64,000 nt of DNA from Macrostomum hystrix (lineage: Eukaryota > Animalia > Platyhelminthes). Of this stretch, positions 47,901 through 59,700 are shown one piece after another. The stretch lies in NCBI GenBank assembly GCA_950097015.1, contig CATNEN010000001.1, positions 20,088,001 to 20,152,000 on the forward strand, written 5' to 3'. Every line of letters starts with the position of its first letter. Positions within the stretch are counted from its first letter, which is position 1. A program made the position numbers and the translations under genes. The notes under the pieces were generated by a model. It made no database searches, was not told the DNA's origin, and worked only from the letters and a program-made list of their open reading frames with translations.

Positions 47901-50038
47901 TCAGCGCCTCCCAGAGCTAGGCTCACAGAAAACCCTTCTTCCGTCATCTCTAGTTAATGTTCCATATTAATTCTAGTAATGCTAGTAATTATAATAATTG
48001 CAGGAGACATCATTTGATATTTGGTGACACGGGACCTGCAGCCAGCGAGGAGGCAATTCTGCCCATTTTGCTGACTCCTGAGCTCACACACACGCACACA
48101 GATACCGTACGCAGGTATACGCTCGCACAGGTGTGTACCTCTGCTCAGACTTTCTCATCGTCAGGCACTTCACACTTTCACTGTGCCTTGGTTGGCCCTC
48201 AAGGGCGTAAATTGCGCGACAAGCCCCATGTTATCCCATGGTCCTTCCATGTACCAACCACTGACCCCTGGTCACAGATTGTAACAAACGCTAACAAAAC
48301 ACGCAGAAAGTCAAGCTACACACAAAAACGCCCAACTCACTGGCTTCAGCGATTGTCTCCAGTCGTCTCTGCCTAATCAGGGCCTGATGTCTGGCTAGCT
48401 CAATCTCGTCTAGCAGCACCTTGATGTACCAGAAGCTGTGCCTGTAGCCGCCTCCAACTCTGATGTAGCGATGCTGCGATTTAAGAAATTAATTAATCAC
48501 TTTTTGTTAGCAATAATTGGTTTATAGACTTTTTAAAACTGTTTCTAGTGCCGAAAAATTGAACGCCATTATTAAAGTACATCGCAGGAAAACTATGCCA
48601 ATAAATCAATAGATTCTACTTACCGACTCGCATTTGTCGTGCGGCACACGCAGCATGCATTTTATGCAGTCCTCGTCTTTGGACTAGACAGAAATGTGTA
48701 ACAAGCGGTTGAGGCCATAAAATATTAGAATTTATGACGAGAGCATGCTATAGTAGACAACTAGTCGAAAAACAGCTAACTCACTTTTGGCACGAAACCG
48801 TCGGGGTCTCGTCCGCCGTAAGCAACGCCGAGGAAGTCAGCGAAATGGCTGTGAACACTCTGCGAAGGATGCGAGTGGTGTTGCCCTCATTAGCCCTATA
48901 TTTATATTATCAGTAGAACTACCACGTTTCAATTGGTTTAAGTGGGATATTCCCCCCTGACAATTTTTCGTGCTGCAACGGAACGGAGCAACGCAAGCAC
49001 ACGAAACTCAAGAACGCGGGCCAAATTTTTTTGCGCATCTTCTGAAACAAGAATCAAGTCACCTGCCCTTCAGACTGTCGAGATATTCAATGTTTCTGGC
49101 CGAAGGTCGGATGTTTCCCATATGAGCTAGTGTATTTCATACACCCCTATACACGAATTTGCACTGCGCCTCAGTGCGGCCTTTCCAGACCTTCAAAATG
49201 TATCAGCATGTCACCCGAATGTGCCTGCATCATCTCCATCTTCGGTGGTCACAGCTACCATTATCTAGATGGACTGCTGGACCTTCAAGGGCTAAAACAG
49301 ATGGAACTAGGCCACTATGGACACCCTGACGCGAATTTCTCCAATTTCACTGATCAAGCCATAATATTAGGCGCAGCTCAACCACAGTACACCATCGTCT
49401 AGTCTGCCAAACCGATCAGTCACCATCCAGCGCTGTTAGAATTCGGGCGCTGACAAAAATTACCCCCATGGTATAAAAACGGGCGGCAAGATGGCTTGGT
49501 AGTCCCACTGTTGAAAACAACCCGACCTACTGAACTGTACATAAATTCTACATTAATTTCAAGAAGCTGTGACTTCTTCTAGTCTACCTGGCAAGTTGAC
49601 AAGCGCTAAAATTTGTGCTGGTGTGTGTGCTAATAAATGCTTGATTAATTCCTGGGCACGCAATGTAAATATTGACTTCTTGAATTGCCTAGGGCGTTAA
49701 TATTTCAGTGCTTACCTTTTGACTAGAGCAAGCCGTGATTTTTTGTTGAAAGATAAACTTTTTTTGGTTCTGTGACTCACCCGGGCCGACTCTCGCGAGC
49801 TGGACCTGGCGTCGCGTTGGTTCTGCTCTCCAGACGAGGATCTCGCCCCTGCTGCCATTCTCCTGGTCGTTCTTCGACCGCGGAATGTCCCGATCCCGAC
49901 GCCTGGCGGCTGTGTGGCTACGGCTTGTCGAAAATCTCTGACACTTGAGACTGACGAGCCGGTGGACGCTGCACTGGACGGCCTGCCGCTCTGGCGAATG
50001 CTGGGCAGGTGAAAATCTGCTGATGACGCGGCGGCCAT
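35991..50038 (-). CDS. Uncharacterised ~1,511-aa protein with charged internal repeats and an EF-hand-like C-terminus; 21 exons: 49781-50038, 48785-48859, 48624-48683, 48341-48473, 47097-47867, 46915-47002, 46414-46731, 44769-45070, 44062-44286, 43294-43485, 43035-43047, 42303-42680, 41520-41723, 40537-40760, 39576-39905, 38983-39102, 38755-38873, 37883-38043, 37019-37235, 36334-36614, 35991-36057
   Basis: All 20 introns are GT-AG and their phases chain into one 4,536-nt open frame. The C-terminus has EF-hand-like segments (EDFDDMDGLINV, QMTFRMF, ISFLDYLCYIPLFL). The start exon is the least certain part. Confidence 0.8.
36695..36990. repeat. Degenerate ~38-39-bp intronic tandem repeat
   Basis: Recurring catcaaaggactagaatagtcta..ggtctggcggc. 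Confidence 0.7.
37420..37820. repeat. Intronic minisatellite, 20-bp unit (gtccggaaggtctagagaag and variants)
   Basis: Tandem copies. Confidence 0.92.
38087..38630. repeat. Intronic minisatellite, 21-bp unit (tctatctaacaggtaaatcat)
   Basis: Tandem copies; source of the MIYLLDR ORF. Confidence 0.94.
39248..39570. repeat. Intronic minisatellite, 20-bp unit (gagacacctgttagatattc / ...ggaagta)
   Basis: Tandem copies abutting the donor at 39575. Confidence 0.93.
39980..40440. repeat. Intronic minisatellite, ~21-bp unit (tactagtggacaccctaatta)
   Basis: Tandem, diverged copies. Confidence 0.88.
40795..41285. repeat. Intronic minisatellite, 32-bp unit with two alternating variants (64-bp dimer)
   Basis: gtacattctctgagattcgccttctaattgat alternating with gtacattctctgagattccccttctcgttaat. 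Confidence 0.92.
41753..42183 (+). mobile_element. Non-autonomous TIR element, family B, internally deleted copy
   Basis: Colinear similarity to 48911-49510 (cgcgggccaaatttt..gcgcatcttctgaaacaagaatcaagtc; tctggccgaaggtcg; cttcggtggtcac). Confidence 0.8.
43590..43720 (+). mobile_element. tRNA-derived SINE, family C fragment
   Basis: B box ggttcgattcc; cagtccacccagctgttaaatgggtaccagcatcagctgggg is shared in reverse with 53533-53550. Confidence 0.6.
44325..44725. repeat. Intronic minisatellite, 21-bp unit (tctaacaggtaggaacacctg)
   Basis: Tandem, diverged copies. Confidence 0.92.
45864..46164 (-). mobile_element. SINE family A copy with a 13-bp TSD
   Basis: Near-identical reverse complement of ~5770-6015; gtctatggccata duplicated at 45851-45863 and 46165-46177. 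Confidence 0.88.
47985..48228 (-). mobile_element. SINE family A, older truncated copy
   Basis: Diverged reverse-complement match to the 3' two-thirds of the 5659 copy. Confidence 0.8.
48911..49510 (+). mobile_element. Non-autonomous TIR element, family B (~600 bp), most complete copy
   Basis: Imperfect TIRs cagtagaactacca / tggtagtcccactg; four dispersed copies in the window; no TSD resolved. Confidence 0.8.
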
Positions 50039-52179
50039 CGAGTTCAGTTGAGCTCAAACGGAGTTCTGAATTAAACTACGGGATCAAAGTTGAGCACAAT
50101 GGCACAACTCTCTGCCCTGTTCTCCTCTTTTTATAAAAGGGCAAGCGCCGGGCAAACACTGCAGCGCAAGCAGTCGTCTCTTCTCCTTTTACCTTCTCTG
50201 GCCTCTTTACTTTCTGTTGGGGGGGAAGGCAGGTCCGGAAGGTGTTTCCAAGGGGACGAACCGCTGCTGGTGGCCCGCTTCGCGGACGGAGGATGTGGAG
50301 TTTGCAGAGGCTCACACAATTGTCCCAGTCGATCTGAAGTCAATGTTTGATGCTAGAAAAAATGACCTACTTTCAGTTTGCCTACTGCCTAGCTGAGACT
50401 TGTGCAGAGTGCGGGGCGTGAGTGTGTGACTGCCTGCTCATTTTTCAAACCAGATATCTTCTCTGAGGACAGGGGGAGGGTGTGGAAGCCCACGGGGCCA
50501 ACCCGGTGTGGCGGGTGTGAGACCAGAGTGAGCTTAGAGACTGCAGCTAGGCGGAGCGGAGGAGAGGGAATGAGGTGCCGTTGAGCATTTTTAATAACAA
50601 AAAATAAACGGGGCTCGAGTGCGCGACTCAAACACAGACTCAAGCGATGAAGAGCTAGCAACTAAACAATGGGATTGAATTGGCAATAAAGATGAATAGG
50701 ACACGGCCCGAATGACAGAACAGTGAGTAGAGCTGGGCTGAGAAAAAATCTCGACAAAAGTGGGGACCCGAAACTGAGCAAATGAGGCTTGCACCCTTTG
50801 AAGAGCGCGTGGTTAATGCTTCTTCAGCGGCTTCTAGTCCGGTCTCTGTCTAACAAATCGTCTCTTTCTTCAGAGACAAAAAACGTCCAGGCAGGCCTTG
50901 CTATCCGTTGTTTTTTGCGGCATTCGGCCAGACGTTGGCATTTGAGCGCATTCTCTCGTTATTTACCAACTAACAGCTGGCTTGCGTTTCGCCGTGGGTT
51001 CCATTGTTCGCTGTCGGGCAATAATGCTAATTATAATGCGAGCTAGTCTGGCGAAGTTGGCAGCTAGTATGCTTGAGAGCGCCTTGTTATTTTTTTAAGC
51101 GCAACGGCAAGGCCAGACATCAGGGGACTTGTGCTCATCTACTGCTCAATGTGACGCCAATCAAATAGTTTTTTTTTAAAGTTTAATTGGGACGCAAATT
51201 TGAACACGTTTGACAGTTCAATTTCGACAGACAAATTTACCTGAACGCCTAATAATATTAAGCCTAATGAGATTAAGTTACTTTTTTGTTCTATTTGCTA
51301 AATGGGCCTTATAGTAATGAAATGAGAGACGATCAAGTACCTCGTCTCTCATTTGCTAGACTTAAAAAACGTTAATATTACTAAAACAAATAAAAAGAGT
51401 AGAAAACTGTTTTGCTTTCGGAATTTTTAAAAGCATCTCTTAGATGTATCGCAATTAGTGATTTCAGTGAAAGTTCATTCTTAAAACGGCCCTTTTAAGG
51501 ACCCAACGTGTTAAGTCTAACAATTTCGACCCACAACATCAACGCCTATGTTCAAAATCCGAAAACTTTTTCTGTGCGCCTACTTATATGAGTAGTATGC
51601 AAGGCTGATAATCAAAAGTATCTCATATTTTTGGTTCATTTTCTTGACGACTGTGAGAACTCTTTTTAACGCAGTGAAGAAGATTAAAGCGTCCATTGCA
51701 ATTCATTCAAGTCCGATTTGTTAAGGCCCGCACGCCTTTAGGGGCGGCAGGCAATGCAGCATAGAGGTTGTGGAATTGTGGACATTGCAGCATTGGGCCG
51801 AGACGATTGACAAATTTGCCATATGGCGGCTTGAAGAAAAATTCACTGCAGCGAATAGTCTGCTGCCAGATACGGACACGACAGTGTTTCCAGTGTCTGC
51901 ACGAAGTTTTGCTTCTACATTGTTCTGCTCTTTTTGCTGCAGGAGCTGCTGCTGCTGCTGCTGTTGTTGCTGCTTGTAGCTGGGTAATTAGCGTGGAAAG
52001 AATCCTTGCATCTAAATTCATCGATCAGAATAAAATAAAAAGCTTCGCCAAGAGGTGATTGATCAAGTCACTCTCTTTTTTGTCGTCTCCTTTCTAAACC
52101 TTGAAACCCTACCTGAGGAATAATGAACTGTTCTCTTTTTACTGCATGAAAAAAGTCCAATCTTTCATAGACTTAACTG

Positions 52180-52560
52180 TAACAGCAAACACACCTGAAT
52201 AACAGCGAACACACCTGTCTAACAGCTAACACACCTGTCTAACAGCAAACACACCTGTCTAACAGCAAACACACCTGTCTAACAGCTAACACACCTGTCT
52301 AACAGCAAACACACCTGTCTAACAGCAAACACACCTGTCTAACAGCAAACACACCTGTCTAACAGCAAACACACCTGTCTAACAGCTAACACACCTGTCT
52401 AACAGCAAACACACCTGTCTAACAGCAAACACACCTGTCTAACAGCAAACACACCTGAATAACAGCAAACACACCCGTCTAACAGCAAACACACCTGTCT
52501 AACAGCAAACACACCTGTCTAACAGCAAACACACCTGTCTAACAGCAAACACACTTGTGT
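52180..52560. repeat. Intergenic minisatellite, 20-bp unit (aacagcaaacacacctgtct)
   Basis: About 18 copies. Confidence 0.94.
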
Positions 52561-52764
52561 CTAATGGATAAAGTCAAAAATTCAAAAGGATGATCGTATT
52601 CAAATCAATGCTAGTTTTTATTTGCTCGCTGAAACAGCAGCCTTATTCAATGAGATGAAAACTATATCATTGCGAATTCTAAATTTATTTGCCAATAAAT
52701 TTACATGAGACATCAACAATAGCTGCTAACCATTTTCACTGCTGGACACAAATAATGACACCGT

Positions 52765-52840
52765 GAGAATGTACACTGCCTGACGATGAGAAAGCCAGGT
52801 CAGATGTACACACCTGTGTGAGTGTTTGCCTGCGTGTGTC
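52765..52840 (+). mobile_element. SINE family A internal fragment
   Basis: tgtacactgcctgacgatgagaaagccaggtcagatgtacacacctgtgtgagtgt matches 5828-5890. Confidence 0.7.
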
Positions 52841-52989
52841 CACAGGCCTCCTGCCAGTGATTTTCCGAATGACACAAAAAACACGAAAATTCCGAATAAC
52901 AGAAACTCCTGAAAGTGCATTGCTTGATATCTGTGAAGACAATATGATAATATTTAACATAATAGTAAACATAGTAAACATAAAATTAA

Positions 52990-53458
52990 CAGTAGGACTA
53001 CCAAGCCATTTTGCCGCCCGTTTTTATACCAAGGGGGGGGGTGATTTCCCCCCCCCTGAGAACATTTTTGGCAGCGCCTGAAAGCTAACCGCGTAGGGTG
53101 GTGACTGATTGGTTGACAGACTAGGCGATGGTGTACTGTGGTTAAGCTGCGCCTAATATTTAGGCTTCAGCAGTGAAATTTTAGAAATCGCGTCAGGGTG
53201 TCCATGCAGAGTGGCCTATTACCACATTTTTTGCATTTTAAGGTCCCGCAGTCCGTCCAGATAAACGTAGGTGACCACCGAAGACGGAGATGATGCAAGC
53301 ACATTCGGGTGACATGCTGATGAAGTTTGAAGGTCTGGAAAGGCCGCACTGAGGCGCAGTGCAAATTCGTGTATAGGGGTGTATGAAATACACTAGCTCA
53401 TATGGGAAAAATCGGACCTTCGGCCAGAAACATTGAATATCTCGACGGTCTGAAGAGC
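52990..53458 (-). mobile_element. Non-autonomous TIR element, family B, truncated copy
   Basis: Starts at the TIR cagtaggactaccaag; reverse-complement match to ~49070-49510. Confidence 0.82.
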
Positions 53459-53670
53459 TATTGCGCGGCGCATCTGAAGGCTGTTCAGTCCATGGACTGG
53501 AACTGTTCTGACTTCCACACCACCCTCAATTACCCCAGCTAATGCTGGTAAACACAATTAATGTAGAGTTAAGTGTCTTGCTAAAGGACACAAATAATTC
53601 CAATGGAGTCAGGAATCGAACCCATGACGTTCAAGTCTGACTCACTAACCATTTCAGCCTAACACAGCCC
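53455..53670 (-). mobile_element. tRNA-derived SINE, family C (CORE-like motif)
   Basis: On the minus strand, B box gttcgattcc followed by tgtgtcctttagcaagacacttaactc, which resembles the CORE/MIR motif. Matches 61640-61815. Confidence 0.7.
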
Positions 53671-53776
53671 AACACGTAGGAGTAATATTAGATTAAGCAA
53701 AGCAAAGCGGAATGCGAATGTGAGCATTCTACTCGGCGCCAATGCTCATGTTAAAACGCAGGACGAGTTCTTAGTC

Positions 53777-56700
53777 TCATGGTCTTCTCGGGCAGCTCAG
53801 CATTTGGCGTAACTTGCGCCTAAATGCGTGGTTGCACAGCGGGTAGAGAATCGGGTTGAGCGCCGAGTTGGCGTAGCCCACCCAGGTGAGCGCCAGCATC
53901 AAATCGCTGCTCACGCAGTCCGAACAGAAGGCCACAACTACGAAGATGACGAAGTAGGGCATGAAGCAGGCCGTGAAGGCGCCCATGATGACGCCGAGTT
54001 GTCTGGCCGCCTTGATCTCCTTCTTCAACGAGCTGCTGCGCTTGAATCGTGACTTGGCCTTCTTAACTGGCTTATTGTTTGTAGCTGGCGCGGAGCCTGC
54101 CGCCAGCTGCTGCTGCATTGGAGCGTCGCCACTCGACCGCGGCGCCTGCGAGGAGGCATCGTCGTCTGCGGCCGGTTCCTCGGTGTCGGAAATGAAGCGA
54201 ATTCTGCGCTGGCCGGAGGTCGCAGCGGATTCGGCCTGGTCAAGACAGCGAGAGCAGGCCTGCAGACCTCGCAACTGGCTGCAAGGCTCGCGCAGCAGAA
54301 GCAGCTGGACTCGCTCCGTGGTTCGGTCCACAATCAGCTCGTCGTAGATGTACTCGGTGTGACCAGCATCGACTGCCGATGCTGCCGCGTTAAAGGACGC
54401 AACAGGCGAGTCCAACAGAGGCTGACTGGCTGCCGCAGCTGCAGCCAGAGCATCGTCGTCTAGACGCTGATTAATGGCATCGCAATCAACGGCCACTGTG
54501 TGCAGGTCCTGTGTGTCCACCGGCGACTGAAAATCAATTTTCGGAATCGAGTTGGGGCCGTGTCGTTAAAAATTCACCTTGTATACGTTTGCAACGCGTT
54601 TAATTTTAAATCTTTCACTGAAGAATTGAGTTTTTCATGCAGCTACGGTGTATACAGTAGTAGTCTTCGTATCGGCTTTATTGCCCACAGACTATATTAA
54701 GTCCAGAGCCTCTTAAAAGCCATAGACTATAGATATTAGCCTATTAGACTGTAAGACTGTAATTACAGAGTTAAGGAGAACAGATGTTTAGACCACAGAA
54801 TTGAGAAACCGGGACAAGGGATAATGGGATCCGGTAGAGTTTACAGCTGCCAGGTCTCCCACCAGGCCCCTATAGCTCATCCGTTTTCGCAGAATCGAAT
54901 TAGAATGGGACAAAGGAAGCAAGTGGAAATTGGGATTTCTAGCCAGGCAGAGAGGAATCAGCGACAATTTCCTTTGACAGAACGATAGGCGTATAGCACT
55001 AGTGGCTTTTCGAATCGTTAAGATAAGCTCGCTAAATTTCCTAAGCCGAGAGCTTTCAAGAATATTGTTTTTTAATTTCTGGTGCATCTTCTATGTTTTC
55101 TAAGCCAGATCTCACAGTTAGCTCGAATGCAGGCAAATAATCAGATCGAATGCTAGAACAGCTGCTGCTGTGATGACGAACTTGATCAGATATTCGTTCT
55201 CTAGTCTTCAGAAATGTAATAATATAGTAATTACGTCAGATTATTATGTCCCCTTGCTCATAATCTTTAATTAGGCACGCGTTATCCACTGAGCAGTCCA
55301 AGCTTCTGTCTGACAATAAAGAAAATGATTTTGTCTGGGCTGATCTCGTAGTTTAAAGACCCTGAGGTTCAGGCTGAAGAAACTGAGGTTCAGGCTGAAG
55401 ACACTGAGGTTCAGGCTAAAGAAAATGAGGTTCAGGCTAAAGACCCTGAGGTTCAGGCTGAAGAAACTGATGTTCAGGCTGAAGAAACTGATGTTAGGGT
55501 GAAGACACTGATGTTCAGGCTGAAGACACTGAGGTTCAGGCTGAATACACTGAGGTTCAGGTTAAAGACCCTGAGGTTCAGATTGAAGACACTGAGGTTC
55601 AGGCTGAAGACACTGAGGTTCGGGCTGAAGACACTGAGGTTCAGGCTGAAGACACTGAGGTTCGGGCTGAAGACACTGAGGTTCAGGTTAAAGACCCTGA
55701 GGTTCAGGCTGAAGACACTGATGTTTGGGTGAAGAAACTGAGGTTCGGGCTGAATACACGGAGGTTCAGGCTGAAGACACTGAGACCGGTAGCCATCAAC
55801 TCACATGTCGTGCGCTGCTGGCACAGCCATTGGGTATTGTGGCGGTCCCCAGCTTGGCTCTCCCGCTGTCACGTGACTTGCAGCCGCCGCCGTCCCCACC
55901 TTTGCGCCGCATGCTCTGGAACTTCTCCAGGTGGGAGCGCTTCCGTATTTCCAAAAAAATCCTTCCGTAGAGGAAGTACATGACGAACAGCGGGACGAAG
56001 AAGTTGAAGATACCGGTGACGACTTTGAGCGGGAAGTTTTCCTTGTACTCCGGGTCGCACTCGGTCTCCGGTATCGTGTACTTCTGCAGGTGTGCGCGTC
56101 AAGGTTCTGCGCTTTTTATCCCATTTAATCCCATCCCTGAAACGAATCTCCTAATTATCTCCTAACTTTCTTTAATATATTATAAAAAACACATTCTTTT
56201 ATTGAAATATCGCACTCTTGAAAAACCCTATATTTTGAAAAATTCCATTGTCTAAATCTAAATATCCCATTCTCTAAATACCATTCTTAAAATATCCCAT
56301 TCCTACAATATCCCATTCTTACAATATCCCATTCTCAAAATATCCCATTCTCGAAGCATCCCATTCTCGAAATATCCTATCCTCAAAATATCCCATTCTC
56401 GAAATATCCCATTCTCGAAACATCCCATTCTCTAAATATCCCATTTTCTAAATATCCCATTTTCTAAATACCCCATTCTCAAAATTTCCCATTCTCGAAA
56501 TATCCTATCCTCAAAATATCCCATTCTCGAAACATCCCATTCTCTAAATATCCCATTTTCTAAATATCCCATTCTCAAAATTTCCCATTCTCGAAATATC
56601 TTATCCTCAAAATATCCCATTCTCGAAGTATCCCATTCTCGAAATATCCCATCCACAAAATACCCCATTCTTGAAAAACCCATTTGCTGAAATATCCCAT

Positions 56701-59700
56701 TCATACACTAACCTATTCTCAAAATGTCTTTTCTCGATAGGAATTCTCGATCGCCGAATTATTCCAGAAATCACACATCTTAAAATTGTTTTCCTTCGTT
56801 TTTTCCTACGTAATAAAAGGAAATTCATTGTAATTTCTCCAAATTGTATACACAAATGTCACACTCAAAACTATTCGTTTAGTCCAAGATTTTCCGATTT
56901 TTTGAAAGTGACAATTTTCCGAATTGGATTGCAAAAATCCATCAAAATCATCCACTATTCAAACAGGCCCTTTTATTCCATTTTCCTAGAATCTACTTTT
57001 GTCAAGTTGTTGATGATGGTCAAGCAATGAACAATGACCGCTTTGGGTGTGGCAATCATTCTTCGTTAAAACAAGAGGATCGCCCTTCCAATAAATTCTC
57101 AACGGACTTAATTAAGTCTTGATTAAATCAAAATGGACAATTTTAACAAATCTTGATTTTTGTCACTGACCCTGGAACTATTTCAATTGGCCTTTATTCT
57201 AAATCTTGCCTATGGCAGCTTCTCCTTGAAAACATTTAGTCATATTAGTCTGAGGTTTGGGAATCGAAATCACATCGAAATTGGTTTTTTCTGTTGCTAG
57301 CCAAGCTGTAAATTTTGAGTCTTAGAGTCAAGTTAAGATGAGGTGAATGAGTCTCGAGACTGTAGATCTGCGCACGTGACTTTGCTGTGCATTGTGCAGT
57401 TTAGCAATCATCATTCTGGATTTGGGAGGTAGGCCTATGGTTTGCGTCAAAGGTTCATGTGCACGAATCCGTAATGTGTAAGTTGCGCGTTTAGACTCCA
57501 AGCCTTGACTATAACTTGAATTGCTTATATTAGGTAGCCCGTCTCTCTATCCCCCCTCTCTCTTGCTATTGGCTGGCGAGCCACCCCCTCTCCTTTCACT
57601 CTCTACCCCAAATGTACTTATCTTATTCGCATGTACTCGTAAGTTGCTTATATTTAAACCAATACACTGGCTTATTGACGGCAGGACACCTGCTGCGCCC
57701 CCCCCCGAAATGTGGCCTCGCCGCGGATTTGAACTCAAGACCTTGGTGCGAGAGTTAAAAGCGTTAACCACTCTGGCGCTCAGCCTCTTAATCATTTCGT
57801 TAATTTTACTCATCCTCTGATCTGCAAGAATGACGCTATGCATTCTAGAAGCTGAGAGCCAGGTATAGGGAAAAATCTAGTGATTATCTCCTACTCACCT
57901 GAGCACCTAAGGGGCATGTTCTTTATCGAAAAAATGTTTTTAGAGTACGGATTGTCACGATAGCTAAACCGATATTGAACTCAGTGCGGGCACTTTGGCA
58001 TTTCTGAGTATGGGGCTAATAACTATAAAAGGAAAAGACTTTTCTTTTGTTGCTCGCTCTAATGAAATGACTTAAAAGACCCATTTTTTTGAAGAAAAAT
58101 ATCGCGGTTGTCATGCGGAATGCCGCACTTTTTCAGATTAGTGCGAAATTTTTCATTCCTACTCATTAGAGTACATTTCTGCAAATATACTCAGTACACT
58201 CTACCATGTCTTCTCAGATCTTCTCAGACTCTAGCATATCTTCTCAGACTCTACCAGATCTACTCAGACTCTACAGGATGTTATCAGACTCTACAGGATG
58301 TTATCAGACTCTACAGGATGTTATCAGACTCTACAGGATGTTATCAGACTCTACAGGATGTTATCAGACTCTACAGGATGTTATCAGACTCTACAGGATG
58401 TTATCAGACTCTACCAGACCCTCTCAGACTCTTCCAGATCTTCTCAGACTCTACCAAGTCTTCTCAGATCTTCTCAGACTCTACAGGATGTTATCAGACC
58501 CTACCAGATCTTCTCAGACTCAACCAGATCTTCTAAGATCTTCTCAGACTCTACCAAGTCTTCTCAGATCTTCTAAGATCTTCTCAGACTCTACCAAGTC
58601 TTCTCAGATCTTCTAAGATCTTCTCAGACTCTACCAAGTCTTCTCAGATCTTCTCAGACTCTACCAAGTCTTCTCAGATCTTCTAAGATCTTCTCAGACT
58701 CTACCAAGTCTTCTCAGATCTTCTAAGATCTTCTCAGACTCTACCAAGTCTTCTCAGATCTTCTAAGATCTTCTCAGACTCTACCAAGTCTTCTCAGATC
58801 TTCTAAGATCTTCTCAGACTCTACCAAGTCTTCTCAGATCTTCTAAGATCTTCTCAGACTCTACCAAGTCTTCTCAGATCTTCTCAGACTCTACAGGATG
58901 TTCTCAGACTCTACCAAACCTTCTGAGACTCTACCAGATCTTCTCAAACACTGAACCTGTTCAGTTACCTTAAAAAGAGAATTAAAATTGTTTAATTCAT
59001 TCTCACCCCTTGGTTCACCAGTCGATGCCAGCTGAAGATGGGTATCAGCCAGAGGGCGGAAGTTATCCACACCATGAAGATCATTAGGCGAGCTCTAGTC
59101 TTGGTTCGTTTGGGCATGTAGAGCAGCGGAGCCGACACTGACCAGTAGCGGTCCAGACTGAGAATGAGCAGGTTCAGGATTGAGGCGGTGCTGGCCGTAT
59201 AGTCCACAGCCAACCAGATCTGGCACAGCGGCCGGCCGAACACCCTGCGGAGGGTGTGTTTGGGTTGGCGGACTCTGACACCCAGCCAGGACTCTACCGG
59301 ACCCTGCCAGGAGCCTACTAGATCCTCCCAGAGTCTACCAGATCCTCCTAGAATCTACCAGATCCTCCAAGAATCTACCAGATCCTCCTAGAATCTACCA
59401 GATCTTCCTAGAATCTACCAGATCTTCCTAGAATCTACCAGATCCTCCTAGAATCTACCAGATCCTCCAAGAATCTACCAGATCCTCCTAGAATTTACCA
59501 GATCCCCCCAGAATCTACCAGACTTTCCTAGAATCTATCAGACTTTCCTAGAATCTACCATTTCTTACTAGAATCTACCAGATCCTCCTAGAATCTACCA
59601 GATCCTCCCAGAATCTACGAGACCCGCCTAGAATCTACCAGACCCTTCCATAATCTACCAGATCCTCCCAGGATCTACCGGACCTTCATAGAACCGCCTA

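Noticed and set aside
48041-48056. HDV-like ribozyme in SINE family A (minus strand GCC-TCCTCGCT-GGC matches HDV P3/L3)
   Set aside because: No consistent P1, P1.1 or P2 could be built, the downstream bases form a different long hairpin, and the loop varies between copies.
52779-52803. Hammerhead core in SINE family A (CTGACGA-TGA-GAAA)
   Set aside because: No room for helix II or III, and other copies read CTGGCGA; a simple hairpin explains it.
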